Assembly (NCBI RefSeq): GCF_006345805.1
Contig: NC_042997.1
Location: 143,964,001-144,028,000, forward strand
Length of the DNA stretch: 64,000 nucleotides
Direction of reading: 5' to 3'
Origin: Octopus sinensis
Lineage: Eukaryota
A program made the position numbers and the translations under genes. Shown here one piece after another: positions 48,810 through 62,815 of the stretch; within the stretch, counting starts at the first letter, position 1; every line of letters starts with the position of its first letter. The notes below the pieces were generated by a model, which worked only from the letters and a program-made list of their open reading frames with translations, did not search any database and was not told the origin of the DNA.

Positions 48810-49628
48810 ACAGAAGATGGTGGAAGATTTTGAGTGTCTGAAAGTGCATGCAAAGTGGGTATCACTGCAATTGGCACCGGATTTGAAGCAGAGAAGGGTG
48901 TAAGTCTCTTCTGTCCTGCTGGGAGAGTTTAAATCCAACGAAAGGAAGAGGAAGAAACATAGCCGTTTACTTATGATTCTGAAACGAAAACTCAGTTTAT
49001 GGAATGACGTCACACCTTTTCTCCGATGCCAAAAATGTTCAAGAGCCAGCAGTCGGCACTAAAAGTCAAGGCGATCGTCTTTTGAGATGACAAGGACTTC
49101 ATTCTCCATGATTTTTTAGAAAACATCTATATCAAGAATAGCGAGTGGTACATTGAGAAACTCAAAAACCTTAGGATTTGGCGGAAGAGACCGAACAAGA
49201 ATCTAAAAACGATATACCTTCACCATCACAATGCACAACCACAGATATCTTTGATAACAAATCAAGTAATTATCAACATGGGCTGGTTAGTGTTCACCCT
49301 CTATCGTAAACACTAGGTCAGGTGCCTTTCGACTTTCGTCTGATAAGTCCAATAAAGGACAATCTTCGTCAAAAACATGTTGTCACATACAAGGAGAAAG
49401 TAACTGTAAAGAAGTGGCTATAATAGCGCACGCTTAAAGTTTTTCGAATAGGATTCGAGAGTTAAATTCAACGATGACGCAAACGCATCGCTTGTACTGC
49501 AGATTTGTTGACTGGTACATTTGTATAGAGGAAGTGTTAGTCTGTCAACATATCACTTTGAGCGACCTATTTTAGTTAATAAATAAAGCTATACCCTCAT
49601 TTGCATTATTTTCGGGTCAAGCCTCGTA
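48810..49628 (+). pseudogene. mariner (DD34D-type) transposase remnant with right TIR
   Basis: AKWVSLQLAP, YDSETKTQFME*RH..SP.PK.FKSQQSA.KV.A.VF*D, LHHHNAQP and a degenerate PSDF region. The terminus is ttattttcgggtcaagcctcgTA. Confidence 0.85.
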
Positions 49629-49879
49629 GTTCAGTAGCTGGGTCAATGTAATTGCTTAATTTTCAGCAAATTTCTGCACAGCATTGTGTTAGTATTGATA
49701 TGTCGATTATTAATACTCCGTTGTTATTTTTGCCATAGTGAATGATGTCAGGCTTTATTATAATGCTATCTGGTGACAGGTCTATGTGCTAAAGTGCTAT
49801 GGTATTGTCAAATCATCGTTGTCAAAGAGGGGTAAATCTTTATATGAATATCAAAAGGTTTACTTTGAACTGTGAAAAT

Positions 49880-50500
49880 CTCAGGTTCATAAGGCTATGA
49901 ATTCGAATCCTGTATTTGGTAGCGGGTTATGTCCTTGAAAAAAGTACTTCATTCCACGTTATTTCAGTCTACCCTGCTGAGAAGAGTACCAGTCGAGCGC
50001 TGGTGCAAACCTCTCTCCTCCAGCTGTTATATCTTTGATGATCCGCTGGGTCAAGCGCAAAAGGAGTGGAAAGTTGCATATGCTTTCTTGCGACTCGATG
50101 GGTTCTTGATAGCAAGACAATTTGTTGTTTCATTGCATTTCTGAGTTCTGAGTTCAACTGCGACCGTGATCTACTTTGCCGTTCATCCTTTCGGAGTCGA
50201 TAAATAAAGTATCAGTTGAGAACTGAGATCGATATAATCGACTCCTTTTAAAAGTGCTAGCCTTATGTCAAAGTTTAGAACCATTTGGGAGTGAGCTGGT
50301 AGAAACAGTAGCACAGTTGACAAAATGCTTAGCGCTATTTTTTCTGGCTTTACGTTCTGAGTTCAAATTCCCCCGAGGTCTTCGTTGCCTTTCCAGTGTT
50401 CCGGAGTTCGATAGAATAAGAACCTGTTGAGATCGATCTAACCGACTAATCTCCTCCCCAAAATTCCAGGCCTTGTGTCTCTGAGTATAATTTGTGAAAG
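49880..50500 (+). mobile_element. Cluster of degenerate SINEs
   Basis: B-box and ttatgtccttgaaaaaagtacttcatt domain at about 49900-49980; family-A-like copies at 50140-50270 and 50290-50490. Confidence 0.65.
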
Positions 50501-51250
50501 CTAGTTTTGGGACATCCTGATACAATGCAGTTTATTGTTTCAGAAAAATGTCCTAAACGCAATGGTTGTCATCTATAACGTAGAAGCTGTGAATATTATT
50601 TTTGCTTCTAATTTTGGCACTCAAATTTTTGCTTCTAAATTTAGCGGAAAAGGAGTAGTCCATTTTTAACATCTTATGTTGATTGTATTTTATTATCCTT
50701 CAGCAGTATCACTTAATTTTTAATTATAAACTTTTTAAACTTCTGGTAGATGAAACGGTAATTGCTGTAAATAGAGTATTCGTGGGTTCTTTTTTTTTTT
50801 TTTTGCATTGCTGTGCTTTCCTCATGAAGTTTTCTTTATTGCTAGTTAAAGAGATAGTAATCTTTATGTCCATTTTCTGGGTAATTATGTTAGTACTCGG
50901 TTTATATATTTTTGAACTTATAATTGAAAAATTATGAACGAGAATATTCATACTACATTCTCAAAATTTGTATCAACGACGTCTGGAAAAGATTTTTCTT
51001 TTTACTTCTTTAAACATCTCTTATTAGATACTTGTACACTGGATTTGATTCTTTTCAAGTTCCCATGTTTGTAGTAATACACTAACTTTACCAATTTGGT
51101 GACTTCGTTTCGCTATCTTCTGAAATGGACGTGGAACATTATTAGATATGAAGTTACAAAAATATAAAATATCATATGAAAAATGACGAAAATCAAAACT
51201 AAAAACGAAAGCCTGATTAACGATTGAAGAGTCAGTATGATATACATACA

Positions 51251-51342
<92 letters not shown>

Positions 51343-51359
51343 GCATGTATATATATGTA

Positions 51360-51399
<40 letters not shown>

Positions 51400-51420
51400 T
51401 ATACATGCATATATATATAT

Positions 51421-51477
<57 letters not shown>

Positions 51478-51835
51478 CGTTCATATATATATGTGTGTGT
51501 GTGTGTACTGTTTATTTATCATAAAAAGTTTCACAATAATTAGGAAGAACATAAAACATACACATATGTATTTACACACATATATGTGCATATATGTGTG
51601 TGAGTGAATATGTGTGTGTGTGTGTGTGTGTTTGCGTGTACATAAGAGGAAGCTGTATATCTAACTTCACTACTTCTGTAAATTGAACAAATAAAGAAAT
51701 ACGTGACGAATATCTATAGATGAGAAGGAAAAAAAGCTATAGACAAGCATAAGTATTCAATTAGATAATGAAATCTTGTATTGGAGACAGCAAGTATATA
51801 TGAGAATGAATATCAAATATATATATATATATATA

Positions 51836-51910
<75 letters not shown>

Positions 51911-52569
51911 ATGAGCAGGTGATTGTGTATTTGTATATATGAAAATTTTTTTCATAGTAACTTATATTTACATTTCATTCTGCAGAAAAAAAAATATTAC
52001 GATTTTCATTCAAAACTTTGTTTTATACTTGGCTCTAGAGAGAAGGGTAGAAGAAACTAATAACGGATTATTGACGTATCTAAAGTTAATTTAACTGGTT
52101 TTTCAATTATTATCTTTAAACTTTACTCTCATCCAAGTCATTTCTGCGTAGCGAAATCAATTTTAAAATCGATTTTAAAATGCAGCGCTTGTATTCAGTC
52201 AACACCATTTTAAATATTGTTTATTGAGAAAAGTAATTTTTTCTTCAGATTACCTTCGTACACTAATCAGTCTCTCTCTGCTTGCTTCTAAGTATTTCTC
52301 TACTCCTTGTGTAGTTACTTAGTCGTTAATCTATTTGTAACAAACCTATTTTGCCTGTTCCTTGTGTAGTTCTATTTCATTTTTTCGGTTTAAGTATAGT
52401 ACACTGAATAATGTTTTAGTTCTACTATCTAGTCACTTCAATATATTCAGCGTACAGTTTATTGGATGCAAATTGATTTTTTTTACTTGGATAGGTAGTG
52501 TATTTATACCTATTATCTCTTATTTTTGGCATTGATTGTGAGGTTTAAGTGCAGTACGACTCTTCCCTA

Positions 52570-52720
52570 CATGGCGGTGATTTTTCAGAATTATTTCAGT
52601 TTCAGAATGTTTTTTGGAATTTCTTTCCAGCTTTCTGCGCCCTGATTTCAAATCTCGCTCTCGTCAACGTTGTCTTTCAACCTTTTGGGATCAATAAACA
52701 AATTGTCAGGCAAATACAGA
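52570..52720 (+). mobile_element. Old family-A SINE
   Basis: ggcggtgatttttcagaatt...gatttcaaatctcgc...gtctttcaaccttttgggatcaataaac. Confidence 0.55.
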
Positions 52721-52899
52721 ATTTGATTATTCTTTCCCTCTCTTGGCTCCACTCCATCTTAAAGAGAGTTGTGAGGCGCCATCTAATGTTTCTTTCTCCG
52801 GAAAATGGCTATGGGTTGAATGAAGGATTAGCAAACTCATCTTAAAGTAAAATTACTGTTACTGAAACCTTCCAAGGGTTAACTGATACATAGAACAGA

Positions 52900-53150
52900 A
52901 CGGAAATAAAAAGTCTCTCCAATTTTCCATTTATATCTGCGGTTAATATCTTATGAATTTCAACTATTCCCAAGTACTTGTATCGTTGGTTCACTTTTGT
53001 TTATACAATTCCAGATTGTAAATTTGTAAACCTAATTAATATTTTCAGTTTTAATTCATTTTTTCTTATTCCTAGAAGCGATAAATTAATGATTTTTCCA
53101 ATCTTTTACTCATTTTCATTTGACAAATGGATTCATGCAGTGTTAAGTAA
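52900..53150 (-). pseudogene. Possible ancient R4-like LINE fragment
   Basis: QRYKYLGIVEIHK echoes TYKYLGIHE downstream of the RT in the 45-48 kb element. This is the only motif found. Confidence 0.3.
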
Positions 53151-53192
53151 GTTATCCATATGGGAATTGTCTCTTGCAAATCGTTTCAGATC

Positions 53193-53437
<245 letters not shown>

Positions 53438-54267
53438 ACTGCCCGTCTGTCTGTCTTATCAATCATTTACTTGTTCAATATGAGTATCAGGACAGTTATA
53501 GTTTGCGAAATATCGAACATCATTTTACTCGTAATGGCATAGAATAGATCAGAATATTAACGTCGATTTAGCTTCGATTATTGCACTTGATCTTAACTCC
53601 ATATCCGCAAATAGAGTATAATGCAAGTTTTGTCGTGACTATGTAAAAGCGAAAAGCCAGAGAAGCAGCTGTAAAACGCAGACTACGTGGAGCCTATTGT
53701 AATAGAGTCTGCAACAATTATCCGTCAGTTGTCTATAAGTCAGAAAAAAAAACAAAAAAACAATATGACTGATAGACCGGGATCATTTCATATATTGTCG
53801 AGCTGTATATTACTAATTATGGCATATAATATAAATACAAACACAGAGATTCACAAAGAATAACAAAGAATATCCGCTTCTCAAAATCCAGATCTTTTCT
53901 AACTCGCATATACATATAAAAGGCACGAGTTTTCTGTTAATAGATCATTCATGATGAATCTCTCAACAGAGATAAAAGTGCTAAGTAATTAATTATGCCA
54001 AATCCTGACTATTACCTTTTTCTTATATATCTTATGTATCACTATATTTTAATACATCTATGATAACCATTTTTTAACGCTACCAAGGTTACACAAAGCT
54101 TTACGTTTTACTTTTGAAAATCTTTTTTAAAAAAGTGAAACCAGTCAAGTCAATAAACGTCTTTGAAAGACCTCTACATTTTCAAATCCTCTTTCCTATA
54201 TATTTTCATTCGTGCAATACCTTGCAAGTTTACTTTGTTATATATATCCACCGCACGAGGCCCGAAA

Positions 54268-57200
54268 ATGCCACCAAAGTCACAACAAACTGAAAACTCA
54301 TTGAACCAAAGCATCTGAAAAGAATTACAGGAAATTACCTCCAAACTTTCAACCTTGACTAACAAAGTCGAGCAGTCACATTTCTACCTAAATGAACTCC
54401 TGGAAGATTAAACAGCTAGCCAAACTCCTGACATCCCAACACTAAACAAACTAATCAAAACCATTGAGACAACAATGCGCCAAAAAGCAAGAACCTACAA
54501 CAGACTGTTACTCAATAAAAAAACACACTAAACAATGTCTGGATTAAAAATCTCACGGTACACACGTTTGCTTTTTGGAACTTCATAAAAATAGTAACAA
54601 AGCAGACTTTTATGAAAAGTGGCTCAACTCCACCCCAATCTTCCTTCCCAAAAATCTCCAAATAAAACCCATCAAAAATGAACTAGAATACCAACAAAAA
54701 CACAGGGTGAAATTGGCTTTAGAAAAATTCAAAATGGAAATAGAACTGTTACGGCTAAGAGCCAATTCCAACGAGGAAATATTCAAGACACTTGATAACG
54801 AAATGCAAATTTAAATTTCAAAATTCTGTGAAGGCGCACTACTTGTTAGAACCACCAAACTTTGGAGAAAAACTGTGAGGATGAAGAATTAACAACCCTC
54901 AAACGATGGGAAAAAATACCACCTCGTTCGCCAGTTACGAAACGGATTTTAAAAGCGAACACCATACAAGCAACCCGTATTTGAAAAAATTAAAACTCAC
55001 ACACTTCACCTACAACAAAGAAAACAAATCGCAAAACATCAAACACAAATCACTCCAAGCTTTGACCATAATACCAGAACTTACAGACAAAACTACAACC
55101 TTGCCAAAAGAACTCAGGCACCCTCCAACCCAAGACAAGATTTTATCCGACACCGTAGATCCCATCCCACACAGGAGTCATTCTAAAATCGTAGATTCCA
55201 CCCAACTTAGAGGAATTCACTTCTAAACGACGACCGTAAGTTTCAACCCACACTAAGGGACCAAAATTACATCCATTACCATCAACCCAAAACCGGGAAT
55301 ATCCAAAATTCCTTTGGAAGGCGACACAATAATGGTGGAAATACCAGTACACACCAAAATACCGGAGACAGAAGAGACTCCAGAAATCACTTTTTTAGGC
55401 CAAGGCAAACAGAATCCACGACGCCAGATGGTATATACCAACCCTGAAAAACCAAAAATAGTGAATCGTTCAAGACTAAACCTGTCAACCCAACAAATTA
55501 AAATCCTCTCAAAAGGATTGAAATTCACTCCAACACCACAATACCCCAACCTCAATGAAATACATGACGATGTCTCACACTTCTATAGAAAATTACGCCT
55601 CACAGAAGAGTTTTTTTGACAAGGAAAATAATAGCGACGAATCAATGGTTAGCAATAAGAGCGATTACAATCCTACAAAAGGCAAGAACAAAACACTGGA
55701 CAAATTTTGTGACTACATATCAAACTTCCCTTATTGTGAACTACCACAACCTAAACCCAAATCCAATACCAGTAAAAGGGAATGGGAAATCATCCACGAG
55801 TTACAAAACAATCATGACGTCACAATCAAGGAAGCAGATAAGGGTAGTGCTGTCGTAATTATGGACACATAATAATACAAATACTCTGTATCTCACCTCT
55901 TACAAGATACTACCTACTATGAAAGAGTAGTACCAGCATTCAAAAACAATAACCAAATTAAACACACTCATTTGCCAACATCGAAATAACCTAACGGCAA
56001 ATGAATACGACTATTTACAACATTTTGATTGCAAAACCAGCAACCTCTACGGGCTTTCGAAAATCCACAGGACCAAAATAATTACCGAAGCTTCCAAAAA
56101 GAGTCCACCTCAACATGGAACACTGCACCACACCCCCATTGATCCCAGGCAGCATCACTGTACCACACCCCACTAATCTCAAACTGAGACTAATTGTGGC
56201 AAGTCCAAACTGTGAAACACACAGATTAAGCAACTTCATTTATATACTCTTAAAAATACTTAAACACATACCAAGTATTGTAAGAGATGACCCAAACCTC
56301 CTAAACCACATCCCCAAACATACCAATAAAGACATTTTCATCATACTCTTTTGATGTAATAAACCCACATCAATACGGACTGGAAGCCATTAAATTCTGG
56401 CAATGAGGCCCCGGAAACAATCTATCATCGATGGCCTTAAGTTTATCCTCCAAAACAATTTTTAAAATTTTAATGATAATAATAATATTTGCAAACAGGT
56501 GCTAGGAACTGCGATGGGTACTAAAGTTGCCCCAACTTATGCCAATCTGGTGATGGCCTACCTGGAAGTACAAATCTATGAACAATCCAAATTAAAATAC
56601 GGTCTGTCTTTCCATAAATATCTGTTGGAGAATTGGAAACATCACTTGGATCACTGCCTGATCCTATGGTCTCACACATTCGACCAACTCAATAAATTCA
56701 AAAGTCTAATCAACAGCATCAACAACCATATCCAATTTACAATGGAATATAGTCAAGACCAACTCCCATTTTTAGACATTCTTGTTATAGAAAAGGCATT
56801 AACATTGAAACTGATATCCACTACAAACCAACTGATTCTAAACAATACCTCCTGTTCACCTCTAATCACCCAAAGTACACGAAGACAAGCATCCTCTTCA
56901 ATCTAGGGAGCAGAATTTGTACAATTGTCTCAAATTTGAAACGCGAAATAAAAGGCGATTCTTCTCGAAAGACAGTATCCTGCATCATTAGTTGACAATG
57001 GAATAGAACGGGCTAAGACAATCGATATCCAAGACTTACGAAAACCGAAACGCACTCATGGTACATTAAATAGAGAATCTTACAGGATGATATACAAGAA
57101 CATCTCACTACTGAGTCAAGGCCCACATTTAAAAAAAGCACTCGAAACCCATAAAATAATAAAAAAATAAGTGACAACCCAAATCCCTAAACAAATTCCC

Positions 57201-57654
57201 CCACCAATGCAAAATTACCCGACACAAGTCCAACATCCAACGTTAAAAAATGTGGTCGCTCTAACTGCAGGACCTGCATCCACCTCATTGAAAGAACAAT
57301 ATATAATTCCAATCAGGATACACTTTTGTCGTAATAAATAACTTCACCTGCGCATCAAAAAATTTACTTTATGCCATTATGTGTGAAGGGTTCCACAAAG
57401 ACTACATAGGGCAGACTAGTCTTACCTTCAGAGATAGGATGACAGCCCACCGCCAACAATTAAGGGATCCCACCACAAGAGAAATACCACTTAGTGACCA
57501 CTTAAATCTCTGTGCACAAAATAAATCACCCAAATTCCTAGTTTTCCCCCACTGTACCAATGCCCAGACAGCACCACTGACCAAACACGGAGAAATAAGG
57601 AAAATATCCATATTCAAAAATACAGACCACAACTCAATATACTTTAACATCTAA
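54268..57654 (+). pseudogene. PLE polyprotein remnant: N-terminal domain, RT, GIY-YIG endonuclease
   Basis: MPPKSQQ start at 54268; PIFLPKNLQIKPI; ILSKGLKFTPTP; DVTIKEADKGSAVVIMD; GTAMGTKVAPTYANLVM; LPFLDILV; KCGRSNCRTC; YAIMCEGFHKDYIGQT. Many stops and frameshifts. Confidence 0.92.
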
Positions 57655-58212
57655 ATAAAATAAACTTAGACTGCCGTCGCAAAAACACAATACTCCCCCC
57701 CCCCCCAAGGTACACATCCACAACAAACACACACAGTTGTACAGACACACACAAAGCACAACATACATACACCCTCAAAGCACAACATACATACACACAA
57801 GCACAAACACAATATCTTTATGCTCCAACACAATCAATACAAATAAAACGCTCACAATAATACACCCAAATATATGTACGCACCACACAGAAAAATAACA
57901 CACACATACACACGTATGCATACGTACACACACACACACTTCACCACAACAAATATAGCACACACACAATCGCATACTCAGTGCAAATAAACACAGTGCG
58001 TACTCACACACACAACCACGCACACACATGCACACCACCCTGATAAACGTAACACACACGGACACACAGAGAACCCCAGCCAAATACAACACACTCACAC
58101 ACATACACCCTCACACATACATATGCACTCTCACATACGTACAGACACACACACGCACAAACACATACACACACACGCACACACGCACCTACGGCACCCT
58201 GACAAATACAAA

Positions 58213-58243
<31 letters not shown>

Positions 58244-58732
58244 AACGTGCACAGATATACACACACCATCCTGCTAAATATAAAACACACATACACAGAC
58301 CCATACATACACACACCACACTGAACTCTAAGACCAGTCAAAAAGACTCCGCACACAAGCACAAGCATATATATATATATATATATATACACATACATAG
58401 AACCGTGCACACACACACACACGCACACACACACACACACACCATGTTGAACTCTAAGACCAGTCCAAAAACCACTGAACCATGACAGACTAGTTCAGAA
58501 ACAAAAAATCCTTTTAATTTCACAAACTATATCAATGCTTTCCCCCCACCAACCACCCTCCCACACTATTTCTAAAAATAGCAACCATCCTTACCCAGGA
58601 TGCATCTAAGACTGGAGATGAAGGAAAAAAGGCTGGTCATTCCCCTAAAATTTTGTGTAAATACTTAAATATGATTTCTGATGAAGTTTTGACTAAGCAA
58701 TACACGCTTTTTCCTATCACATCCTGTCAACG

Positions 58733-58997
58733 AATTCTTTCTGTATATATGCATCTATACAATCATGATTTTTGATGACCTCATAAATAATTATGAATTA
58801 CTTTACTACCTATTTTGAACACATTTATGTAAACTGTTTAAACAAAAAGCCCCTATCACATACTGTCTACAAATTCTTTCTGTATATATGCTTCTATTCA
58901 ATCATTATTTTTGATGAACTTATAAATAATTATGAATTTATTTTACTACCTATTTTAAACACTTTTATGTAAACTGTTTAAACAAAAAGCCCCTCTA
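58733..58997 (+). repeat. Two-copy tandem repeat, period about 139 bp, in the PLE 3' region
   Basis: aattctttctgtatatatgc...gtaaactgtttaaacaaaaagcccct occurs twice with few mismatches. Confidence 0.9.
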
Positions 58998-59299
58998 AAC
59001 ATTTTTTATCATTGTCAAAGACTGTATCACTCTATTTTAATATATCTATGATAACCATTTTTTTGACAGAACAAAGGCTATACAGAGCCTTACATTTTAC
59101 TTTTGAAGTGAAACCGGTCAAGACAATAAACATATTCAAAAGACCTCTGCATTTTTAAATCCTCCTTCTTATATATATATATATGAAGCTTTAGAATTTT
59201 TCCAAAGCATTTTCAAGCATTAATGTTCTAGTTAAGAGAGTCGAAGATAGACAGAGAAAACAGTGGAGCAGATATAGAATTTCTTTGAAAAATTACAAT

Positions 59300-60880
59300 T
59301 CATGTGGGAATATGTTCGTTTCTTCTTTATCTGCTTTCTTGGTATAGGTTCTTATCTTCATGGCTACCAATTTCCTATGCTTTTCAGTTTCGACGTGGCT
59401 TGACTGATAAACTTTCTAAAAACTGGGATTCTGTCTATATGCAGTGTCTCCGGTATCCATTGGTGTGTTATGTTAAGTGTGTTTTTCAGTAATCAGCCTA
59501 TATCGTGTCTTTCTCCCCTGTTAGAAGGTTGTAATGGACACGACATTCGTCCTATTTTTCTGGACTGCCATGTTAGCTTGGCGATAACTACATATATATG
59601 CGTGTGTGTGTGTGTATTCACACGACCCTTTTCGACAACTCTTCTGCAACTCTGATGATGAGGTGTGAACATTTTCTAGATAAACAACCATATTGTCAAA
59701 GAGTAACGAAGATAAAGCTTTGTATTTTGTTGGGTTTTTATTTGTTGGACAGGGAGAAAATCCATGTTAGTTTTGGTTTGTTATATGAATATTATTTTCC
59801 TATAATCAGTATCCAGTCAGGTACTAACTCAGGTCTCTTTAGTAACCTACGAAATCATGTTGACACAAATTTCATAGATAGTTTAATTTTGGTTAAAAAT
59901 AAGGGATGACTTTATCAGTTCCGAAGCTTTCTACTTACTAAAACTCTTTATAAGTACTGTTGGATTCTTCGATTCTTATACCGGATCATACTTGCAGTTG
60001 TTCTATATGCTTTTTTTCTCGCTCCATTTCCCATCAATTGGTCTATTTTGTTTACACTGAATTTTTCGTTCTCTGTATTCTCCTAATAGAATTTAAATTC
60101 TGTTGATGCTGAAGTGTCATCTAGTGCCATGTTGTAGTTTCAAATTTGTTTTTCTAATGTCTCAGAAAATTTTTTTAGTAATTGTTTCAAATCATTTATT
60201 CTCATGAAAGAAGTACTAACGATTTTTAAAGCGTCTTTTCCAGCATAATGATCCGTTTATGTCTTCACTTAACTTCCGGATTGTCATCCGTTCCTTTGAT
60301 GTTATACTGTCTTAAACATTTAGTTTATTTTACTTTTTTACTCTTTCCTTTCTGAATAAAGAGGGGGATGTTTTTCTTTCCAATTTCATAGACTACTTTA
60401 TCTTTTCAGTTTTTTCTCCCCTAGGCTTGAATGAAAGAGATATTCTACTACGCCAAACCACGTATTTTTATCCTCTTCATTTCCGATACTTTTAAATGGC
60501 TACTGAATACATTAACACGTTTAGCTTGTTGATGTTCCGGTTCGTTTCTGTGGAAAGAATTCAGGAAGAGATTTCTCTTGGTCCATATATCTTGATTTTA
60601 TTGTTAATTGTTTCCAATAGATTTTCCTTGATATTAACTGTTATGAATCTGTTATGATGCATGCTTTTAATATGTGCTTTTATTCAAATTGTTGTTATAG
60701 ATGTGGGATGATAGTACATTTTTGTTGAGGTAGGGCTGCTTGGTTATTTCTGTGTATAATCCTTTGGTTGTTATCCTCATTTTTGGACTTCGTTCTGTTT
60801 CTCTATCTACCTTTTATTTTGCTATGATGCCGTGTTCTAAGTGCTGCAGATTTTGTTGCATTTCTATTGTGCGGTCATTT
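59300..60880 (-). pseudogene. Highly decayed A-rich LINE-like sequence (possible APE endonuclease remnants)
   Basis: Minus-strand fragments NRFITVNIK...IKIYGP and WKEKHP resemble APE motifs, but spacing and the other motifs are not recoverable. Confidence 0.25.
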
Positions 60881-60899
60881 TAGTTATATTATTATTATT

Positions 60900-62109
60900 T
60901 GCTGAAAACTCACTGCTTATTTTGCTGGGTATGATAGAAAGTGTCTGCCGTCCACAGCCAGAAGACTATGATAACACTTGTTTACTGGTCATGTTTCAAG
61001 AACCCTGCGAAGAAGCAATGCTCATTTTTGTAGGTGTTCTACCATATGTATTTGTACCAATGTTTTTGAGCAATGTTAATAGTTAAATGCTACTTCCAAA
61101 TGCGCCAATTACTATTGGTACCACGTCTACTCTCTTCATTGACCACAATCTTCGTATTTCCCACTTCAAATCGTCGTAGTTGTTCAGTTTTTCTTCTTTC
61201 TCTTTCTTCCTAATGTCACCATGGCATGCTATTTCGATTATCATGCATGTCTTTTCTTTTTTTTCTCGCCACAACAATGTCCGGTTTCCGATATTTGGTC
61301 AGGTGGTTGCACTGAGTCATTGCATCCTACAGGATTTTGAAATTCTCGTTCTCGGTGACTCCTTTCAGGGTTTGCTCATACCACGTCTTTACTCATTTTA
61401 TGCTGTTTTTTTTTCTTTCCACAGAGCTCCCAATGAACCAGTCTTGCCACTTTATCATGTCATCTTTTGTATTCGCGTTGTGCCAATTTCGGGCATTTGC
61501 TAACGATGTGCCATACCGTTTCAACCCTCTCACCACATATTCTGTATTTGTCGCTATCAGTAATGTTGTTTATTCTGTACTTCAGATAATTAGTCCTTAA
61601 TGCTTGTTCTTGAGCTGCGCATGTAAGTGCTCTTATCTCTATCTTCAGATCACTCCCCTTCACCCATAGCCACCGGTCTTCTTTATCTGTCTTGGTGTTC
61701 GTACATTTTTCTCCTTCCATGCTATTCCTTTTTTGTGTTCTATTTTCTCTTTCTTCCTGATGTCACCAGGGCATACTATTTCGATTATCATGCATGTCCT
61801 TTTTTTTTTTCACCACAACAATGAACGGTTTCCGATATCCGGTCAGTTTTTCTTTCTTGACTCATTTATCAGTTTTAATGACACCGGCCTTCTTCACATG
61901 TTTCAACGATGGTTTCACAGGATGTTTTACACACAACCCTAAGCTGTTCCCTTCTGCTTCAATACAATCCTGGCAACTGATCGAACCTCTCCCACCCTTT
62001 CTTCTGGACAAGTAGAATCTGTCGGTGTCAATCTTAGGGTTGAAGGCTCCGTGTACTGTCAATATTTTTCTTGTCCTCATATCTATATTCATCAGTTCTT
62101 TCTTTTGCC

Positions 62110-62110
<1 letters not shown>
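60900..62110 (-). mobile_element. R4/Dong-type LINE, second lineage, 5'-truncated and internally rearranged
   Basis: IDMRTRKILT..RRKGGRG, CAAQEQALRTNY..RICGERVETVWHIVSKCP, VVPIVIGAFG. (TAA)n lies at both ends. Confidence 0.88.
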
Positions 62111-62181
<71 letters not shown>

Positions 62182-62184
62182 CAT

Positions 62185-62710
62185 TGAGTAGGAGAGCAGT
62201 GTATGCCACCAAATTGACATTGGGATTAAATATACGAAGCCCAGTATACCCATCATAACTACCCGTTTAAGGGTATACCAGGCACATGCATCACAACTAT
62301 ATGTGCGCGACATAGGGATCTCATATGAAAATAAACAGCGCATGACCTTGCAGGTGGAGGCCCAGTTAGAATTTTCTTTAGGTCGAGCAGCCAATCCTGC
62401 TCAGAAGGTCTCTGAATAAAGGTTCTTTAAGGATGATGAACGAAACACCCAAATTTTCAGAGATGAATAATCCAAACCCCTAATGAATTCCTCTCAACAT
62501 ATGGCTGTGATGCTCCCCACTACTTCTGCTAGTGATCAGAGATCACTAAGGGACATACTGAACTGGTTAAGGTCAAACAACTGACAAGCAAATCTGTGGT
62601 ATTGAATAGAATATTTGCTGTAGCCCATCTAAGACAAGACAATGTACATGATAACACTTCCAGTCAGTTAAGACCAGAAGCCATGAGAGTCACTGCGTGG
62701 TACTGCATTC
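62185..62710 (-). mobile_element. Element X: about 525-bp apparently non-coding interspersed repeat between two (TAA)n tracts
   Basis: Second copy at 39580-39790. (TAT)n lies at 62110-62182 and 62720-62815. Confidence 0.8.
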
Positions 62711-62716
62711 CTCCTC

Positions 62717-62805
<89 letters not shown>

Positions 62806-62815
62806 TATTATTATT

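Larger units (their letters stand above)
54035..59172 (+). mobile_element. Penelope-like element, near full length, with partial upstream and complete downstream pseudo-LTR
   Basis: RT and GIY-YIG remnants between roughly 150-165-bp direct repeats (54035-54200, 59023-59172). It ends at (TA)n. Confidence 0.9.
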
